Shown here piece by piece: positions 41,151-54,802 of a stretch of 64,000 nucleotides of DNA. The stretch is from Octopus sinensis (taxonomy: Eukaryota). The stretch is from NCBI RefSeq assembly GCF_006345805.1, contig NC_043014.1, positions 54,250,001-54,314,000 on the forward strand, given 5' to 3'. Every line of letters begins with the position of its first letter. Within the stretch, counting starts at the first letter, position 1. Position numbers and translations under genes: made by a program. The notes below the pieces were generated by a model that searched no databases, had not been told where the DNA came from, and saw only the letters and a program-made list of their open reading frames with translations.

Positions 41151-41372
41151 TTATAAAAAAGTGAAGGTGTGAAGGACCCATTGGATTGGAAGATACAGTC
41201 CTAGATACTCGTAAAAACTTAGATGTTCAGAGGCGAAATGCCTCTGATTAGAGAACTGTTCAATCAGGAATGACCGGTGGTTAAAAAAAAATTAGAAATA
41301 TATATTTGCATATAAATACGGAAATGTTTGAAACATCCTTTCCTGAATAATTCCCTCGAATAGAAATATATT

Positions 41373-41579
41373 CTTTTCTACTCTAGGCACAAGGTCCGAA
41401 ATTTTGGGGGCCAGTCATTAGATCGACCCCAATATGCAACTGGTACTTAATTTATCGACCCCGAAAGGATGAAAGGCAAAGTCGACCTCGGCGGAATTTG
41501 AACACAGAACGTACCGGCAGACGAAATACCACTAAGCATTTCGCCCGTCGTGCTAACGATTCTGCCAACTCGCCGCCTT
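41373..41579 (-). mobile_element. Young full-length SINE family A
   Basis: Perfect 18-bp TSD CTCGAATAGAAATATATT at 41355-41372 and 41580-41597. Confidence 0.92.
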
Positions 41580-41849
41580 CTCGAATAGAAATATATTGAA
41601 ACATGAAATATTTATCTAAAATGGAAACCGTTGGGGTTAGCCTCCCTTTTCTCTTCACACACACACACACACACAAAGTTTCTATGAAATCGTGGTCCTG
41701 AAATGTGATCCCTATTTACCCTAATATATACACACTTCAAACAGAGCTGACCTCCTTTGTGTTTTTGCGTCAACAAAGTAAAAACAGTGTGTTTTATATA
41801 TACAATGTATTATGTGCACACGTGTGTGTGTATACACGCATACATACAT

Positions 41850-41945
<96 letters not shown>

Positions 41946-42685
41946 CGCACACATTCCTTGTGATTTCGCTTAGGCACAAACGATATTAATAAACTCGGGT
42001 TAGAACTGAATAATGCTTCTGAATAAAGCATGAATCGAGTACAGAACGTAATGAGAAACGAAATAAAAGCCAAAGGGGGCGGGAAATTATGCAACAACCG
42101 GCATTGGCCGACAGCTGTTTCTGCTACAAGCAGCAGAGGACACTGAGTGCTCGTGTCTCACCTAATAGCTTCCATATATTCTGTCTGACATTTGATGATT
42201 GGAAACGTTAAAACTGGGCAGTAACGGTTGGCGAGGTGTTCAGCTTCCCGTAAATACAATAAAACTCTATATATCGTATTGAGCACTCTCTGTTCTTTTT
42301 GTTATTTGCACAGCACGCGTGTATAGAATGTAAACTTTGTCCGTAGACGCTGTATAAATACATAAATGTGCATAATTTGTAATCGGGTGGTGAGGTGACC
42401 TCATGGCATTGATTGCCCGACCATTTGGTAAACCATTACACATCACCGACCATCACACTCACCGCTTTCGCTCGACTTGCTAGAAATAGCAGTTAAAATA
42501 GCCATTAAATTACAACGATAAAATATGAGTCACACAAGATACTGTAGCTTATAGGGCACCCTCTTAAAAACGGGATTGGTCACCGATAGAACGAACACCT
42601 TTCGTAATGATTAGCTCAACCGGAGCTGGCTTTGGGCCTCAGGCTCCTCTCTCTTCTCATCGTCGACGTCATCGTCATCACTTCT

Positions 42686-42716
<31 letters not shown>

Positions 42717-43673
42717 TCGCTAGTCCCCCCACACACACATACATTCACCTTTAATGTCACGACTACCACCACCACCGCCATCATCATCATCGCTAGCCAC
42801 ACACGCACCTACCTTCATCGCCACGACTACCACCATCAACACAAGCCTCTACCACGGCTATCATTCACCACCATCACAGAGCCACCCGTTCTCGCTACAC
42901 CCATCTTCATCACACACAAACACCACCACCACCAACCCATCGTGAGCCGTTTGATATATTACACATTTATTACTCGGCGCTCTTGAACCCCTTCCTATCC
43001 CAGCCATCCTATGTATTTAAAACCAGTCCAACTTCCAACCCCTGCCCACCCTGCACCCGCTCCCACCTCCACTCCTCAGTTCCCACACTTTGGTGTATAT
43101 TTGACGAAAAGCGGTGTGTAAAATGTAAACAGTGTGTAGTGTACTTGCAGTTTGAAATACTTTCGAAAGATAACCTGTATACACTCGCGTTTATACATTC
43201 CTTCACGCGTGTATATGTGTGCATGTTTATCAATGTCTCTCTCTCTCACGAAAAATGCATTAAATACTAAAAAACGTACACATCAGACAAACACAGACGG
43301 ATCCTAATTCTTCATCAGTTATCGACGGACACACTGACACACAGTTTCATGCCTTTAACACACACACACACTCACTCACACGTGCATAGAGCAGTTGAAC
43401 TTTAATATACGTTCTGAGTTCAAATTCCACCGAGGTCGTCTTTGCCTTTCATCTTTTCGGGGGTCGATAAATTAAGAACCAATTGCGTGCTGGGATCGAT
43501 CTAATCGACTGGACCACTCCTCCCCAAAAATTTCGGGCCTTGTGGCTAGAGTAGAAAAGAATATACGAGAGCCTGCAGAGATTTTGTTTACGAATCCCGA
43601 CAGTGATTGTAAACACACATCGCCATGTGCAGATAGATTAGAGACCTGCAAAAACGTAACACTTTAGAAGCGA

Positions 43674-43840
43674 AGAGTGGCTGTGTGGTAAGTAGCTTGT
43701 TTACCAACCACATGGTTCTGGGTTCAGTCCCACTGCGTGGCACCTTGGGCAAGTGTCTTCTGCTATAGCCTCGGGCCGACCAAAGCCTTGTGAGTGGATT
43801 TGGTAGACGGAAACTGAAAAGAAGCCCGTCGTATATATAT

Positions 43841-43884
<44 letters not shown>

Positions 43885-44115
43885 TGTGTGTGTTTGTGTG
43901 TCTGTGTGTCTGTGTTTGTCCCCCTAGCATTGCTTGACAACCGATGCTGGTGTGTTTATGTCCCCGTTACTTAGCGGTTCGGCAAAAAAAGAGACCGATA
44001 GAATAAGTACTGGGCTTACAAAAAGAATAAGTCCCGGGGTCGAGTTGCTCGATTAAAAGGCGGTGCTCCAGCATGGCCGCAGTCAAATGACTGAAACAAG
44101 TAAAAGAGTAAAAGA
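43674..44115 (+). mobile_element. Near-intact SINE family B (tRNA head, CORE-like ACCTTGGGCAAGT block, internal (TA)/(TG) microsatellite)
   Basis: GTGGCTGTGTGGTAAG A-box-like and GGTTCAGTCCC B-box-like motifs; nearly identical to 58608-59005. Confidence 0.9.
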
Positions 44116-45021
44116 GAGAGAGAAGAGAGACAAATATACATCAACACTCGCTCGTACAAAGAAACATTCATACACACACACACACACACACGAAACCTAC
44201 TCAAACAACAATATACTGGGGCGTAGCCATTATGTCAAAGTCCATACAAAACACAGAACGGCCAACAAAAGCCAATGAGAGGATCCTATATGTGGTTGCT
44301 CAGCCTGCTAGAAATTGTAGCCAAATTCACCTTAAATTGCACCCCACGGTCCTAAAAGAAAATGGACAACTATAGTCCCTGATACACAAAATGAAGTGAT
44401 AGTCGTGGCTGGAATGTTTTCGATGACAGCTTTGATTGATCAAGGTTGGTCTGAGGTTAAACCACAGCAAATATTTTCCCACGCGTAAATCACTGCTTGT
44501 ACGCGCGCGCAGGCACGAGGCCTCTACATGGCTGCAGAACATAACAGCCGAATATTCCTCAAATCACACCTTGACGTTTAAACAAAAAAAAAAAACAGAA
44601 AGGACATTAGCTCAACAACTTTTAGATACTTTGCATTTGAGAGATATACGAGATGGTCACGGCAGGCGTGACCAGGAAGATTTGGTTGCTATTTCTAGTA
44701 GCTTAAGTGGTCACATCAGAGACTCGGTTAATTGGGTCGGTGTATTTAGGCGGCTGTCGACAGCTGATTTCCGTCTCAAAGTTTACAAACCAGTAATTAG
44801 AATATTGATTACGCTGTTTATGTTTAGCAAAATTTGAAGTATTTATTCCATTAAAAAAAGCAGTAAGAAGTTTTCCTCCCAGCCACACATGGTTCTGGGT
44901 TCAGTCCCACTGCGTGTCACCTTGGACAAGTGTCTTCTATTACAGCCACGAGCAGTATCTCCCCTGGCTGCAGACCGAACCGACCTCAAAACAACGTCTG
45001 TTCACGTTCCTCTCTATACGG

Positions 45022-45223
45022 CAGTGGTTTTCAACCAGGGTTCCGCCAGTACAGTCCAGGGGTTCCGCAAGAAGTTACAAAACTGCTAAAATCGGCAGTA
45101 ATTTTTAATTCTCCTGTGCAGATATGTGTGCTTAAGACAATTAAATTATTGCACAGGGGCTCCTCGAGCCAGTGGAATGTTTCCTTGGGGTTCCGCTCCA
45201 GCAAAAAAGTTTGAAAAGTACTG
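45022..45223. mobile_element. hAT MITE (202 bp)
   Basis: TIRs CAGTGGTTTTCAA / TTGAAAAGTACTG and a perfect 8-bp TSD CTATACGG at 45014-45021 and 45224-45231. Confidence 0.88.
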
Positions 45224-45575
45224 CTATACGGTAATGTTTTTAAGGGCCAAAGAACATCAGTCACTGTTTGTTATTCAACCAAAAGACCTGCAATTCTGAG
45301 AAGATGCCCGGAGACGGAGGTTACTCGATTAAATCGATCGAAACCAATATTTGACTGGTTCTTTATTTTATCGATAAAAGGCGCGTTAACGATTCAGCGA
45401 ACCTGCTGCCCAGACGAACCATAGACAGGGCCACTATATATCCGTTCCACCTGCTAGAGATAGCAGCCGAATGTCCTTCGAATCCCACACTTTAGTTAGG
45501 GTAAGGGTTCCTTTGTCGTCCTCCTGTGCAATTCTTTACTCACATATTTAATAATGAAGTCCCAGATATACTATA

Positions 45576-46057
45576 TAATTCTTTATTGCCCACAAGGGGC
45601 TAAACATAGAGGGGACAAACAGGGACAGACAAAGGGATTAAGTCGATTAGATCGACCCCAGTGCGTAATTGGTACTTTATTTACCGACCCGGCGAGATGG
45701 CAGAACCGTTAGCATGCCGGGCAAAATGCCTTGCGGTATTTCGTCTGTCGCTGCGTTCTGAGTTCAAATTCCGCCGAGGTCGACTTTGCCTTTCATCCTT
45801 TCGGGGTCGATAAATTAAGTACCAGTTAAGGCACTGGGGTCGATGTAATCGACTTAATACCTACGTCTGTCCTTGTTTGTCCCCTCTATGTTTGGCCCCT
45901 TGTGGGTAATACAGAAATAGGTACTTTATTTACCGACCCCGAAAGGATGAAAGGCAAAGTCGACCTCGGCGGAATTTGAACTCAGAACGTAACGGCAGAC
46001 GAAATACTGCTTAGCATTTCGCCCGGCGTGCTAACGGTTCTGCCAGCTCGCCGCCTC
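45576..46057 (-). mobile_element. Full-length SINE family A (outer copy) interrupted by a second copy
   Basis: 16-bp TSD TCCCAGATATACTATA at 45560-45575 and 46058-46073. Confidence 0.9.
45691..45919 (+). mobile_element. SINE family A (inner copy) nested antisense in the outer copy
   Basis: 20-bp TSD GGTACTTTATTTACCGACCC at 45671-45690 and 45920-45939. Confidence 0.92.
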
Positions 46058-46359
46058 TCCCAGATATACTATAGTCACAAGAGACGGGGTGGCTATAGCT
46101 AAAATGCTACAGGTGAGACTGATACGGTGAGATTAAGACAGGTGAGATTGATACGGGCGATGTCCAATTTGAACGTTTGTAAGTCAATGACAGCAGAAAG
46201 AACATCAGAGGGGTGGCGGTCCGGGAGGAAGGGGTGGATTAATGGGGTGGGAGTTGGTGGAGTTAGTATGGGAGGGGTCTACATGAATTTTGCGTATACC
46301 TACCCCACACACAAATTACCTATGTGCACACACGATACACTCATATATATTGTTATTCC

Positions 46360-46642
46360 TTTACTTGTTTCAGTCAGTTGACTGCGGCCATGCTGGAGCA
46401 CCGCCTTTAGTCGAGACAAATCGACCCCACGACTTATTCTTTGTCAGCCTAGTACTTATTCTATCGGTCTCTTTTGCCGAACAGTTAAGTTACGGGGACG
46501 TAAAACACCCCACACACACATAGATAGGATGGGTTTCTTTCAGGTTCCGGCTACCAAATCCATTCACAAGTCTTTGGTCTGCCCAGGGCTATAGCAGAAG
46601 ACACTTGCCCAAGGTGTCACGCACCACACAGCCACTCCTGCG

Positions 46643-46687
<45 letters not shown>

Positions 46688-46890
46688 TTCAAATTTATAT
46701 ATATATAATCTTTTATTTGTTTCAGTCACTAAGACTATGGCCATGCTGGGGCACCGCCTTAAAGAGTCGAGTCGAACAAATCGATCACAGTACTTTTGGG
46801 TTTTAAGCCTGGTACATATTCTATGAGTCTCTTTTCTGCCGAACCGCTATGTAACGGGAATAACAAACAAACCAACGCCGGTTGTCAAGG
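46360..46890 (-). mobile_element. Two family B SINE pieces separated by (TA)n
   Basis: CTTGTTTCAGTCAGTTGACTGCGGCCATGCTGGAGCACCGCC tail occurs twice in reverse; head CCACACAGCCACTCC near 46625. Confidence 0.8.
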
Positions 46891-47001
46891 GGTGAGGAAG
46901 GGACAAAATATGCACAAAGACAAACACACACACACGCATACATACGAGAAGACACAAAGTAAAGTACAAAATGAAAAGAAAACAGAACGAAGCTTCAGTT
47001 T

Positions 47002-47050
47002 TGCTTTATGTTTCTACATTTCGGGGTGAAGAGCCCTTCTTCAGGGCATT
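47002..47050 (-). ncRNA. Type I minimal hammerhead-ribozyme-like motif (Penelope pLTR/retrozyme type), probably degenerate
   Basis: Minus strand: TGCC CTGAAGA A GGG ctcttcac CCC GAAA TGT agaa ACA TA aagca. It has the core CUGANGA and GAAA, helix II, helix III (ATGT/ACAT) and an AUA cleavage triplet; helix I is only partly paired. Confidence 0.55.
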
Positions 47051-47302
47051 CGGAAAAGCGGTGGTTGGAAAAAGTTTGTTGCTCCCCAGGTACAACGTAA
47101 GAATCAAATTAATATATGTATGTATTCATCTCTAAAGAAATACAAGGCAAACGTGAGAGCAAGTTTTTGGGTGTATTTTAATGTGTGTGTGTGTGGTTTG
47201 ATTTTACACGCACACAGTAAAATGAATTAAACATACTTATACACATTGTATACATGCATGTATGAATACACCGCGCACACACACACATATACATACATTC
47301 AT

Positions 47303-47334
<32 letters not shown>

Positions 47335-47416
47335 TGTATAGAGGGAGAGTTTACGAACAAAACAAAAGACGAAGACAGGTGGTGTTCCAAAACAACACAG
47401 ATGTATTAGTATAACG

Positions 47417-47513
<97 letters not shown>

Positions 47514-49951
47514 GTATATACTTAGGTGCACACATACACATAAACATACGTATACTTAAAACGTTAAAACTACGTGAAGGTGGGCGTGCCTGAATAGACA
47601 CTCACATAAACGTTTGTGTGTGTGAGTGTAAATGAGAAAGAACCAGGTCGTATGTTCATATTATGTAAGCACCAGTATTAACTCTGCGTATACGAATATC
47701 ATACACCTCCCGTTTTTAATATACAGCGTGAGTACGTATGTACATATGCATGTATATATATATATAAATATATACATATTTGTGTGTGTTTATACATGTG
47801 AAATCTTCATAAATTATAGAATTGGAGCGAAAGCAAAGTTTTCCGCAAAGGAACTTATCGATTCCAGAACAATAATCCATTCTTCATCTTGGCATGTTTA
47901 CCTTCGCGTTCATTTTGAGCGCGCGAAATTGACAAAGGGCTGAAGCGCTGTCGGTTGTTAAACGCGGGGTCGGAGCAGATCGACTCTGTTCAGGGGTCTC
48001 TTCAGAGTCGTGACTGCAGTGCAATCATCTGGACTGCATTATTTCTATGTGGATTCCTTGAAGGAAATTAGCCTCTTATTTCTAGCAAGTCATGCAACCA
48101 CGCAGTCACATTTTTGTTGTTGTTGTTGTAGTAGTAGTAATAGCAGCAGTTGTAGAAGTTAAACCAAGTGAACTTGGGCAGGTACAACCTAAGAAGCAAA
48201 TTAATTTGGTTGCAGGTGCAAATAAGGACCCAGGGACGAAGACAAATGCTCTTTACATGTGAGGGAGAGAGAGAGAGAAAGCGTGGTTGACACTAAAACT
48301 AAACTAAGGGGGAAAAAGGACACACACACACACAACACACCACACACATATATATATATTAATATATTATATATATATATATATATATATTGAGGGTGTA
48401 CACATAGATGAAAAGGTATGCAACGCATAGTTTATTTGTTGGCAATAGAGGCGCTTCAATCGGCGCTACTCCGAGTTTCTGGCTTTTGTGCGATCGCTCA
48501 GGTAGCAAGGATTATGGATAGAAGCATATTTGCTTAGAGATATTACTAACAAATTTCATATTAAAGGTTTTATAGCAACAGGTATATGCATGTACGTGTG
48601 TGTGTGTGAAAGAAGAGAGAGAGAGTTACACTGAAATTCGGGGTGAGGGCAGGAGCTTCTTTGTAACCGCTCAATCTGCTAGAAATAACAAGGAAATCTC
48701 CCGAGAAAAAAAAATAGCGCACACCGTATTGATGTAGAGTAGTCCTTGCTAAACCATGTTTCGATAAACATATATAAAAAAAAAGATGGGACTGGCACAA
48801 CTGGAACGCTTTTGATCTTCAATGATGTTCAACTGAGGCCGACCAAGAGTTTAAACAACAACAAGCGTAGAAGTAGTTCGTTACTTAATGAACTAATATT
48901 ACATGTGCCGAACATTTTAAAGGTAAACTGGAAAACGGGGTTTTTTATGAAATAAATTGTCACATGAGTAAATGACAGCAAACATTTGGTGGTTTATTGC
49001 AATGATCGAGTCTATGGTCAGAGACATTCCCAAGGTGACCATCTCATCGTTTTTACAGGGCAGTACATCCAACACCACATTATAATCTTCTCTTTTTTTT
49101 AAGTAGGATATGATTTGGGTGGGATTATGGTGCATCTATCTATCTATCTGTGTCTGTCTCTCTCTCTCTCGATAAGCCTCTCTTTCTATCTCAGTCCGTA
49201 TATGTCCGTCTACCTATCTATCTCTCTATCTGTCGGCCTGTATTTCTCTATCTCAGAGGGTGTATGCCAGTCTATCTGTATTTATATGCACTTATGTGTG
49301 TAGATATAATTGTATGGGAATTTTAGTCAACAGGTATATGTTTGCGCGTGTTTCCGTAATGTGAATAAGAAATATCAAACATATATATATCTCTTTAAAG
49401 TGCTTACGAGCTTCGAGAGAGAAGGAAATAGCAAAATACTGATGTCTACGGAGAAGTTGGAAGAGGTCAAACATTTAAGAAGTCTTGTTTGTGTCTTTGA
49501 GCTGATTAAAACTCGAAAATAGATCACCATATGAAACAACGGTGACAATAACAACAGCAATGACAACGTTGATGACAATAACAACGATGATAACGATGAT
49601 AACGATGACAGAAGCGATGATGTTGCGTGGTTGTTAACGTTTAACCCCAGGTCAGATCTGACCGACCTAAACTAGACCAGAATTCATTACTGAAAGACGT
49701 GATCAGAGTGGGATTTGGGCTTTATTTCTAGCGGGTCCAATGACCACGTTTAGAGGCTCCGCTTCCCTATATTTATTTATATATTATTTTCATATGGTAG
49801 GGTTTGATTTAAGGAGGGATTTAGCTGCTATCGCTGCCTGGTCAAGCGACCACGCAGTGGTACATGAACGTGTGGAAACAGCCGTAGAAGTGCTTTGGCT
49901 ATGATATACACGTACATTTATACACACACAAACATACATATATACATACAT

Positions 49952-49983
<32 letters not shown>

Positions 49984-50499
49984 TTCTTTACTGCCCACAA
50001 GGGGCTAAACATAGAGGGGACAAACAAGGACAAAGGAATCACAATGACCTCAGTTGCAAAACTGGTACTTTATTTATCGACCCCGAAAGGATGAAAGGCA
50101 AAGTCGACCTCGGCGGAATATATATATATATATATACACATATAAACACACGTATGTACGGAGGTTTTAGTCAACAGGTACATAAATTATGTTTGCGCGT
50201 GTTTTTGTGATTCGAGTGAGGAATTTTTTTTTTTTGCCTGCTATTTCTAGCATGCTGGTTGTTGTTAGTTGATAAAAGTGTGAAATAAATGGAAGAAAAG
50301 GTAAAACTCTACCGTGTTTTTGGCACCGTTTGTCCGCAGAATTGGCACAGGAGGAATATCTGGCAGAAGAGCAGTTCGCTTTGGTAGCGTTAAAGAGCCG
50401 CATCGTTGAAGTGTCGACGGCCGACTTGGTTAGAAGCTGATGGCGGCGGCGGGGGGTGAGCCTTTTTGGTGGGGGTGAGCCTTTAGGTGGAGGGGTTTT

Positions 50500-52110
50500 T
50501 TAAGGGCGGCGATGGGGGACGATCTGTCGGTAGGGATCTGTGCGCGCGTGTGTGTGTGTTTGTGTTTTGTGTGGATGGTATCTATGTGTGTCTATGTCAC
50601 GAACGACACGGCAGGGCAGTTTGTTATTGTACTACTGGAGATAGTAGTAGTAGTAGTGGTAGAGGTGGTGGTGGTGGTGGTGGTGGTGGTAGGTGACGGT
50701 TTGTTGTTGTTTTCGTGCTTCTTCTTGTTGTTGCTGTTAGTAGTAAGTAGTAAGACGGGTTGGTCACGGTCGTCGTTACAGCATGGGAGATTTGTTATTG
50801 TGCTGCTACTGATGTTAGTAAATAGAGTTGGAATGTTGGTGATGATGGTGGCGACGGCGGAGGTGGTGGTAGCAGTCGTGGTGGCGGCGGAGGCGGTGGT
50901 AGCAGTCGTGGTGGTGGCGGAGGTGGTGGTGGTGTTTGTGTTGTTGTTGTTTAGCACCAAATCAACCCCGATTCAGGGGAAAAGACCGCAAAAGAGAAAA
51001 AAAACCCATTTCAATTGTCACTATGTCGTCCCTTTTTTTTTTTTTAAGACTGCAAAACCCTACATTATTATTATTATGTCCTTTATTTAAGATATTAAGG
51101 GTTTGCGATTTGAGGGAGATCAAGCTGTTATTTCGAGCAAGCCACGCGACCGCGTAGAGGCTCCCACGCTGTGTTGCTAGGTGTCGTTGTTGTTGTTGGT
51201 GTTGTTCGGGGTGTAGTAAGAGGGGTGAGTGTTGTGCGTGACTGAAGGAGAGGGGTGCGGTGGGAGAGAGAGAGAGAGAGAGAGAAATGCAAAGATATTT
51301 ATTGTGTTTGTAGTAGAGGTCGTAATGGTGGTGAAGGCGGCGGTGGCGGTGTACTACTTAGTAATGATCATAGTGGTGGTGGCGGCGATGAGAAGGTAAG
51401 TGTGACGACGGTGGCGACAGGATAGGGGTGGGAGGAATAATTGTCGCGATGAGTGATAGTGAAAGTGATCATGAAGATGATGATGATGGTGGTGGTGGTG
51501 GTAGAAGCGGTAGATCTAAAGAGCTCGGTCACGTGATATGCCACCTGCCATTCGACGACGCCTCTCAGCTTTTCGGTAGTAGTCACAGCAACAGGACTGA
51601 CAGAGTAGGAGGGAAGCAGAGATAAAGAGAAAGAGGACAAAGCGAGAGTGGGAGAAGGAGGGTGAGAGAAAGAAAAGTTAGAAGGAGGAAGAAGGAGGGG
51701 GAGAAATTAAGATGAAGATAAATAGATAGATAGATAGAGAGAGAGAGAGAGAATAGACGGGAGGAGGAATAGAAGAAAAGCTACAAGAGTAGAAGTGACA
51801 GTGAATACTTGTTAAATAGAGAGGGGGGATGTGTGACAGAGTAAAGGGAATGAGAGAGGGAGAGAGAACGGGAGGATTGTATGACAGAGAAAGTCGTGCG
51901 TGACAGAGTAAGAGAGACAAGAGCTGCAGAGAGAAAGAAAAGAGAATGGCTAAGGATAGAGGGAGTAAAGGAAAATACGGTGCGAAGGGGAAATTGCAAA
52001 GATAGAAAGGAATGGGCGAAAGAGCGAGTGGGAGGTAGAGAAAGCATGAAACGATCTGCCAGTCTCTCCTCCTCCCACCCCGTCTCTCTCTCTCTCTCTC
52101 GTCATCTCCA
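50500..52110. repeat. Low-complexity GGT/GA-rich tract with short tandem units (e.g. a 30-bp GGTGGCGGCGGAGGTGGTGGTAGCAGTCGT unit)
   Basis: Direct reading; explains the V-rich and T-rich ORFs. Confidence 0.85.
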
Positions 52111-52679
52111 TGGCTCCATGGCTCCAGTGGCGGACTTTACTTTATCTTTTTAATCTCCCTTCTTTACACTTAGATAAATAAATTAGATTAGCTGGATAAG
52201 CTGTGCAGTGATAAGACAGACGAAACCTCTAACGTGGTGGCACGACCTTCTGGGAAATAGCAGCCAAATCTCCCTTAAACAACGTCTTCCACCTTAAAGA
52301 GGCGAAGAGTATTTGCGAGGGATTTGGCTTGAAAGGGACGGAAACGTTACGTAAGCGGGTCTTAGGTTGTTGTCCCCTGAACAATGGCACGGCTTGGATG
52401 GTGTGTATTATAAATCTGTTCGATCAAGATTGACTTGAGGTAAGAACAGCAAAGACTCTTAGCAATTGCTCGACCTTTTAGAGATAACAGCCAAACCTCC
52501 CTCAAATTACACACAACTTTTTAACGTAAAAAGTACAAAGTTGATGATGTAGTGTAGTGTCTGATGTCAGCAGACAAGATGGTCACAGCCGGAACGCCGA
52601 TGTACATAGGTCTGCTTTTCACGGCCAACCTGGAGTTAAATAACAACATAGACAAGGAAACAGACGAAAGACAGCGTTT

Positions 52680-52692
52680 GATATATATATAT

Positions 52693-52739
<47 letters not shown>

Positions 52740-52869
52740 ATATATATATATATATACAGATAGATAGATAGATAGATAGATAGATAAAGATAGATAGATA
52801 GATGATAGATAGATAGAAATATAGATAGATAGATAGATAGATAATAGGTAGCTAGATAGAAATATAGAG

Positions 52870-52910
<41 letters not shown>

Positions 52911-53079
52911 TAGATAGATAGATAGGTAGGTAGGTAGGTAGGTAGGTAGGTAGAGATAGAGATAGATAGATATAGATAGACAGATATAGATAGATAGAGA
53001 GAGAGATATATAGATAGGTAGAGAGATAGATAGATAGGTATATATATAATATATATATATATATAATATATATATATAT

Positions 53080-53123
<44 letters not shown>

Positions 53124-53410
53124 GTAGATAGAGAGAGAGAGAGAGGTTGAGAGATAGATATAGATAGGTAGAGAGAGAGAGATAGATATAGATAGGTAGA
53201 GAGAGAGAGATAGATAGGTAGAGAGAGAGAGAGATAGATGGATAGATAGACAGAGAGATAGAGATAGGTAGATAGATAGATAGGGATAATCAGACAGACA
53301 GATAGATTGATAGATAGGTAGAGAGGAAAAGATAAAGACAGATAGATATCTATACGTATATACATACATATTCGTGTGTATACATTCACAGAGAATGACT
53401 AGATTGATAG
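52680..53410. repeat. Compound (TA)n/(GATA)n/(GA)n microsatellite
   Basis: Direct reading; explains the 282-aa and 256-aa I/Y/L/S ORFs. Confidence 0.97.
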
Positions 53411-54519
53411 ATAACGAACAAAGCAGATAGAGACTGGAGTGGAGGGAAGATGGAGGAGGTCAGAGTTAGAGACAAGAAGACAAGACTTTGAGAATGTCGT
53501 GTCACGGAACGAAGAAAAAGAAAACAAACGAACACACACGCGCGCACCCCCCTTCCCCTCCAAGTAATATGAAATGCCAGTGTTTTTGGGGTTTTTTTGG
53601 CAAAAGAAAAAGAGATTAAAACTGAAAGAAACGGCTGTGAATCACTGAGCTGGAAAGGTAAGCGATGGTGAAGTTAAGTATGAGCTGAGCGGGAGAAGAA
53701 GAGAGGCAACGAACACAATAAAGTCTGCTCGGGTTATGACGATGATGATGATCATGATGGTGATAGTAATAATAATAATAATAATAACGAAAGCATTGTA
53801 AGAGAAAATTCGCATTTGGGAAATGAAATATGTCAAAGAAATGAGCGAGACGGGAGAGAGAAAAGACTGCTGAGCAAAAAATTGACAAAAGAAAGACAAA
53901 AGTGTTTCTTTGAGAAGAGGAAAATGTGTGAAAAAACATTCAATGGTGTCGTGATGTCGTGACATCGGCTACTCACGTACAACGATTCGATAAAAGAGCG
54001 AAAATACTTAATATGTAATGTGCCTAATGTTTTTTTAACAAAAGACAAGGGGCAGATGATAAATATTATATTACAATCTGTATTGTATAGTGAGTGTCTG
54101 TGTGTGTGTGTGCATAAACAGGCTGCGTGAACACGTGTTTAATTAATTCAAATACTTGTCATAAATCTCTATGAAACTTCGTGTAATGCGGGTTTCAGCC
54201 AAGAACTGTTAGACCATACGCACACACACACACATGCAGACACAACACACAAACACACACCACACAAACATACGGAAAGTGAGTTAACAGAAATAATACA
54301 CAACGGTCCGTGCCATTTATTTAATAACAAACAAGAATATTTGTTGATTTATTGAAATTATTTCCCATTTCATGTTGGTTGGACCAATTCCTTGGTGCCA
54401 ATTGGAACCAACTTTAAACGAGAAGAAGAGAACATTTCAAGAATCAAGAACTCTCCAAAACTGGTCTGTCATCTAAGAAGGATAAGTCAGTCTAGTCGTC
54501 TGAAGATAAGAGAATAGCA

Positions 54520-54562
54520 AAGCGGAGACGCGTTTCTGCCTCGGCAGACGTCATCAGCACAG
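54520..54562 (-). ncRNA. Second hammerhead-like motif with palindromic helix III (GAAACGCGTC), probably degenerate
   Basis: Minus strand: CTGATGA cgtc TGCC ga GGCA GAAA CGCG TC. Core motifs, a helix II hairpin, the ACGCGT palindrome and a GUC triplet are present; helix I is not convincingly paired. Confidence 0.45.
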
Positions 54563-54720
54563 CAGTTGTCCTACTCTCTTCTCCTGGAGACGAAAGGTGA
54601 ACTACGAATCGTTTACATTTTATTTTTTAACTCTGATACTTACTCATTCTGTCTCTTTTGCCGAACTACTAAGGTATGGGGATGTAAACACACCAACACC
54701 GAGTCAAGAAGATAAACACA

Positions 54721-54802
<82 letters not shown>

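Noticed and set aside
18468-41315. Several octamer motifs (ATGCAAAT/ATTTGCAT)
   Set aside because: The number seen is about what is expected by chance in AT-rich 64 kb, and no snRNA gene is adjacent.
47975-48010. CTGAAGA GAC...GTC hammerhead-like motif on the minus strand
   Set aside because: GAAA is replaced by GATC and there is no helix III.
50512-51090. 192-aa Val-rich ORF resembling a membrane protein
   Set aside because: Encoded by (GTG/GTA/GTT)n low-complexity DNA.
52521-53389. 282-aa and 256-aa ORFs
   Set aside because: Read-through of the (GATA)n/(TA)n array.
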